This document shows, piece by piece, positions 60,711 through 64,000 of a stretch of DNA of 64,000 bases. Origin of the DNA: an uncultured Bacteroidota bacterium (GTDB lineage Bacteria; Bacteroidota; Bacteroidia; Bacteroidales; VadinHA17); the NCBI GenBank assembly GCA_963843415.1, contig CAWJKD010000004.1, positions 80,424-144,423 of the forward strand, given 5' to 3'. The position numbers and the translations under genes were made by a program. The notes beneath the pieces were generated by a model. It did no database searches. It saw only the letters and a program-made list of their open reading frames with translations, and was not told the DNA's origin. Positions within the stretch are counted from its first letter, which is position 1. The number at the start of each line of letters is the position of its first letter.

Positions 60711-61304
60711 TTATTTTTCAATTTCGATATCATATTTGTCTAGTAGTCCCGCTATCCCGTGTAATGAGAATTTCGCCTTTTTAATCCGGTTTGCCCCCGG
60801 GTCTATCGAATAGTTAAATGAAGTACGAAAATCAACTCCTTCAAGATTGGTATTCCTGAATATTGTCCTTTGTAAGTCACAGTTTTGAAAAGAGGAATTT
60901 TTTAAGTCGGTTTCAGTAAAGTCGGCCTCAATTATTTTAGAATTCTTAAAAACAGTACTTTTTAGATTCAACTTATTAAACGAGCAAAGATCCAGGGAAC
61001 AGTCAATAAAAGATAGAGTGATCATTAAGTCGTTGCAGTCCTCAAAATGTAATCCAAGCAATTTGCAAACTTTAAAACGGCAATCTTTAAAGGATGTTTT
61101 AGTCAGATTAGTAAAACTCAGATTACAATCCTGGAATTCGCAATCAAGGAAGTTTAAATCTGACAGGTTCGAATTAGAAAAGTCACAGTTTTTGAATGTG
61201 CAGTTTTCATATTCTCCAGTCTCCAGAGCAGTATCGTGAAATCTCTGATTTTCATATTTAATTTCTTCTTTGAAAACTCTGTTCATCTGGGGGCGATTTT
61301 GCAT
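60711..61304 (-). CDS. Pentapeptide-repeat protein (Qnr/MfpA-like size and layout)
   Basis: ~190 aa of A(D/N)LxF-type pentapeptides (NCDFSNSNLSDLNFLDCEFQDCNLSFTNLTKTSF...) with a short interruption mid-protein and a C-terminal non-repeat tail. Confidence 0.8.
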   Translation of the reverse strand: MQNRPQMNRVFKEEIKYENQRFHDTALETGEYENCTFKNCDFSNSNLSDLNFLDCEFQDCNLSFTNLTKTSFKDCRFKVCKLLGLHFEDCNDLMITLSFIDCSLDLCSFNKLNLKSTVFKNSKIIEADFTETDLKNSSFQNCDLQRTIFRNTNLEGVDFRTSFNYSIDPGANRIKKAKFSLHGIAGLLDKYDIEIEK

Positions 61305-61383
61305 AACTAACTAAATACCTATGTATTATGATGTCCTGGGTTGTGCTTTTTTATCCAATACAAAGTGGGTATCTTGAGCTAGG

Positions 61384-61436
61384 AGCCTGTATGTGTTGGA
61401 GAACGAAACATACTTATACCGAAGAGCATACAGGCT
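61384..61436. terminator. 10-bp inverted repeat AGCCTGTATG ... CATACAGGCT (33-nt spacer) downstream of the DUF4256 gene
   Basis: Read directly from the sequence. It lies between the DUF4256 stop (61482) and the pentapeptide gene start (61304). Confidence 0.3.
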
Positions 61437-61481
61437 TAAAATAATCTGTTGTGTTTTTCGCTTGACATTAAAAGTCCAGAT

Positions 61482-62060
61482 TCAGACCCTCAGCGAACCA
61501 CGGAACGCCCTGACACCATAGTAAGAGGGCGCACTGTTGTGATACACGAAGACATTGCCGTATCTGCGATCACAAAAGAGAGCGCCGCCGAGTTTTCTGA
61601 TATCCGAAGGGGTTTTTACCCAGCTCGACGTTTTCGCATCGAAATTTCCAAGTTTCTGCAACTCCCGATATTGTTCTTCCGTTAAAAGCTCAATACCCAT
61701 TGCAGCTGCCATATCAATGGCGTTATTTTCAGGTTTATGTTCTTTCCTTGCATTCTTCCCTTCACGGTCGTAACAAACATTTCTCCGACCTTCAGGACTT
61801 TCGGCTGAACAATCGTAAAAAATATATTCCCCCGTCTTTTTATCATGACCAATAACATCCGGTTCACCGCCAGTTCTTTCCATTTCATGGAGAGACCACA
61901 GTTTTTCTCCGCCAGCTGGCGGATCCAGCTTTGCTTGTACTTTAGTCCATACAATACCTTTGTGGCGGTTCATATTTTTCTGAAAGCGGGCTTTCAATGC
62001 TCTGAGTAGTTCTTCACGCTGTTCCGGTGACAACTTCTTTTTTGTTTCAACGTTTGACAT
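61482..62060 (-). CDS. DUF4256-family protein
   Basis: 192 aa. The beginning LSPEQREELLRALKARF...W...LWSLHEMERTGGEPDV matches my recollection of DUF4256. Confidence 0.6.
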   Translation of the reverse strand: MSNVETKKKLSPEQREELLRALKARFQKNMNRHKGIVWTKVQAKLDPPAGGEKLWSLHEMERTGGEPDVIGHDKKTGEYIFYDCSAESPEGRRNVCYDREGKNARKEHKPENNAIDMAAAMGIELLTEEQYRELQKLGNFDAKTSSWVKTPSDIRKLGGALFCDRRYGNVFVYHNSAPSYYGVRAFRGSLRV

Positions 62061-62306
62061 AGTTTATATGCTTAGAAAACAAGTAGTTCATTTTTATTTA
62101 TCAATATTTTTGTATTAAGTAATGGTTCATCTTAACATTCATAGTTCCTGTGGAATCTTATGTTATTCTATTTAACAAATTAAGCTGGTTCTGTGTTCAA
62201 ACTTATAAAAACTCTCTAATGTTCCGGAAGGCTCTGGTTAATGCTAACAGCCTGCAGACAGAATCAGAAAAGACTGTTAATTTTACCTGTGATATTATTA
62301 GGTGTT

Positions 62307-62723
62307 TTATTGTAAATTTATTTTACACTCAAGGCAGTAAGGCCGGTGGACACTTAGTACGGAACCACAGTCAGTGCAAGTCCTTCTCCTGGATTCAAAT
62401 TCCAGAAACTCAGCAATCCCTTTTTCTTTTATCATTAAGAGGTTTTCGATAAAACTTGTATTGTATTTAGTTCTGTATCGTTTATCAAGTTGTTTCATTC
62501 TTGTACATGGATATTTTTCGCACTCGTAACAAAACTTTGATTTGGTTTTTTCAAGGTAGATGCATTTCGTGATAATGCATCGCTGAACAGATACTGCTTT
62601 ATCTTTAGAAAGTACCCTGCAACCAGGGCATTTGTTTTTTTCTCTAATGTATGCTATACATGTTCCACAATTCATTCCGCAGGGGGCAATTTGGGATCTT
62701 TTAAACAGGACGGTTTTTTTCAT
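62307..62723 (-). CDS. DUF3795-family Cys-rich protein
   Basis: 138 aa. Motifs IAPCGMNCGTCIAY, CPGC and FCYECEKYPC. Confidence 0.65.
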   Translation of the reverse strand: MKKTVLFKRSQIAPCGMNCGTCIAYIREKNKCPGCRVLSKDKAVSVQRCIITKCIYLEKTKSKFCYECEKYPCTRMKQLDKRYRTKYNTSFIENLLMIKEKGIAEFLEFESRRRTCTDCGSVLSVHRPYCLECKINLQ

Positions 62724-62780
62724 CGTGATGATAGTTGTCGGATAGAACTAAACTAAAATGCTGGTGCAAATGCCTTATTC

Positions 62781-62816
62781 CTTCCGGCTTCCGCCTTTCG
62801 CCTTCCGCCTTTCGCC
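62781..62816. repeat. GC-rich tandem repeat (CTTCCGCCTTTCGC x2 plus a partial unit)
   Basis: Read directly: cttccgg CTTCCGCCTTTCGC CTTCCGCCTTTCGC c. Confidence 0.6.
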
Positions 62817-63090
62817 TTTTTACAGCACTGCCCAGTCAGCTACAATAGCATTTATTTATTAATCTATTGATATTCAGATTAATAAAATACTATTTCTGAC
62901 TTTTATGATATTTATTGCTATTAAAGTTACATATAAAAATTCATATGCTCAGGCTGAATAGATTTTGAATTCCGATATTCCCGGTTATTTTGTTTCTAAA
63001 GTTAACAGGCTATTATAGTACTGTAAATAGTAAAAAATCTAAAAATAATTCAATAAAGATCGCTTATTTAGCATTTTTTATTTTTTCGTC

Positions 63091-64000
63091 ATGTCTGACT
63101 GGAAGAGGGTTTTTGGAATTATCTGGGCGGGGCAGCTTATATCTACACTGAGCAGCGGTGTTGTAGGATATGCTGTAGTCTTCTGGCTGAGCATTGAGAC
63201 AAAATCAGCTGAAGTCCTTGCCTTTGCTACGATAGCTGCTTTGTTACCGCAGCTGTTAATCGGTCCATTCACCGGGGTTTTCATAGACCGGTGGGACCGC
63301 AGGCGGATTATGATAACAGCTGACATTTTCATAGCAGTTTGTTCGTTCATAATGGGCATTTTGTTCCTGAAGGGTGATGTAAAGATTTCATTTATTTATC
63401 TTCTGCTTGTGCTGCGTTCCCTTGGCAGCGCATTTCATGTTCCGGCAATGCAGGCTTCCGTACCCTTACTGGCTCCAAAGTCGGAACTGATGAGAATCTC
63501 AGGAATCAACCAGGTCATCCAGTCTTTAAGTAACATTGCCGGCCCGGCACTGGCAGCTTTGATGATAAGTGTTCTCAATATGACCTGGGTGCTTATGTGC
63601 GACGTAATAGGTGCCCTGATAGCGACTTTTACTCTTTTTCTGGTCCACATCCCTAATCCGCCGCGAAAAGCTGATGCACCAGAACCACATATGTTCAGAG
63701 AGATTAAGGAAGGTTTGCATGAGATATACGTCCGGCCCGGGTTGTTCTGGCTTTTCATAATAATTGTCATGACACATTTCTTTATAATGCCCATAGCTGC
63801 ACTATTCCCATTGATGACTATCAACCACTTCCAGGGAGGGACTTACCAGATGAGTATTGTTGAGGTGGCATGGGGATTAGGAATGCTGGCCGGAGGAACA
63901 CTTCTGGGTTTGAAAAAGTTTAAGTTCAGCGAGGTAGCAGTGATCAATTACATGTACATAGTAATGGGTCTTGTGTTTGTTTTCTCAGGATTTTTACCTG
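63091..64000 (+). CDS. MFS transporter (EntS / macrolide-efflux-like MFS_3 type), N-terminal ~303 aa. The gene continues past the right edge.
   Basis: My own translation from the ATG at 63091: MSDWKRVFGIIWAGQLISTLSSGVVGYAVVFWL...PFTGVFIDRWDRRRIMI...LRSLGSAFHVPAMQAS. The frame is open to the window end. The tracked minus-strand ORFs at 63078-63824 are antisense shadows. Confidence 0.8.
   Translation, partial: MSDWKRVFGIIWAGQLISTLSSGVVGYAVVFWLSIETKSAEVLAFATIAALLPQLLIGPFTGVFIDRWDRRRIMITADIFIAVCSFIMGILFLKGDVKISFIYLLLVLRSLGSAFHVPAMQASVPLLAPKSELMRISGINQVIQSLSNIAGPALAALMISVLNMTWVLMCDVIGALIATFTLFLVHIPNPPRKADAPEPHMFREIKEGLHEIYVRPGLFWLFIIIVMTHFFIMPIAALFPLMTINHFQGGTYQMSIVEVAWGLGMLAGGTLLGLKKFKFSEVAVINYMYIVMGLVFVFSGFLP

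Noticed and set aside
63078-63824. Minus-strand ORFs (93, 129 and 83 aa) near the right edge
   Set aside because: The plus strand from 63091 encodes a continuous MFS-transporter sequence open to the window end. The minus-strand ORFs are antisense artefacts.

Overview
This 64-kb chromosomal segment looks like a low-GC Bacteroidota (Bacteroidia-like) genome. Supporting signs are TAnnTTTG-type promoter motifs, DUF4292/GH97/MORN-type gene families, many lipoprotein signal peptides and tight operons. I count about 62 densely packed protein-coding genes on both strands. Most are housekeeping: polA (partial), queD, lspA, pfk, uvrC, ade, mnmG-ybeY, pheS, ruvB, nadA, rpiB, hemW, nfo, mntH and a Ca-type P-type ATPase. 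I recognised no rRNA, tRNA, CRISPR array, transposase, integrase or phage gene. No defence or mobile system is evident. The points most worth a second look are listed here. (1) A four-gene operon at 42.0-44.9 kb pairs a TagD/ECT-type cytidylyltransferase with a CDP-alcohol phosphatidyltransferase, an SDR and a LysE-like membrane protein, which is a Kennedy-like logic for an uncharacterised lipid head group. (2) A dUTPase gene is truncated after about 93 codons and runs in frame into the signal peptide of the downstream TPR lipoprotein, giving the 670-aa ORF. (3) A catalase-peroxidase (katG) remnant has a large internal deletion, a frameshift and a lost 3' end. (4) A cluster at 50.2-57.5 kb holds two paralogous class-C beta-lactamase-fold serine hydrolases flanking a GH97 gene, plus a parallel beta-helix lipoprotein. 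(5) A PurF-family protein has Ser where the N-terminal catalytic Cys should be. (6) A small stress/detox-type accessory stretch at 57.6-64 kb includes a Qnr-like pentapeptide-repeat protein. (7) Several nucleotide-level oddities occur: a 500-bp AT-rich gap with TGTTAA-type palindromes, a perfect 24-bp palindrome on the mnmG stop codon, and GC-rich micro-tandem repeats. All functional calls come from reading motifs in the supplied translations and from my own translation of unlisted frames. No database search was run.
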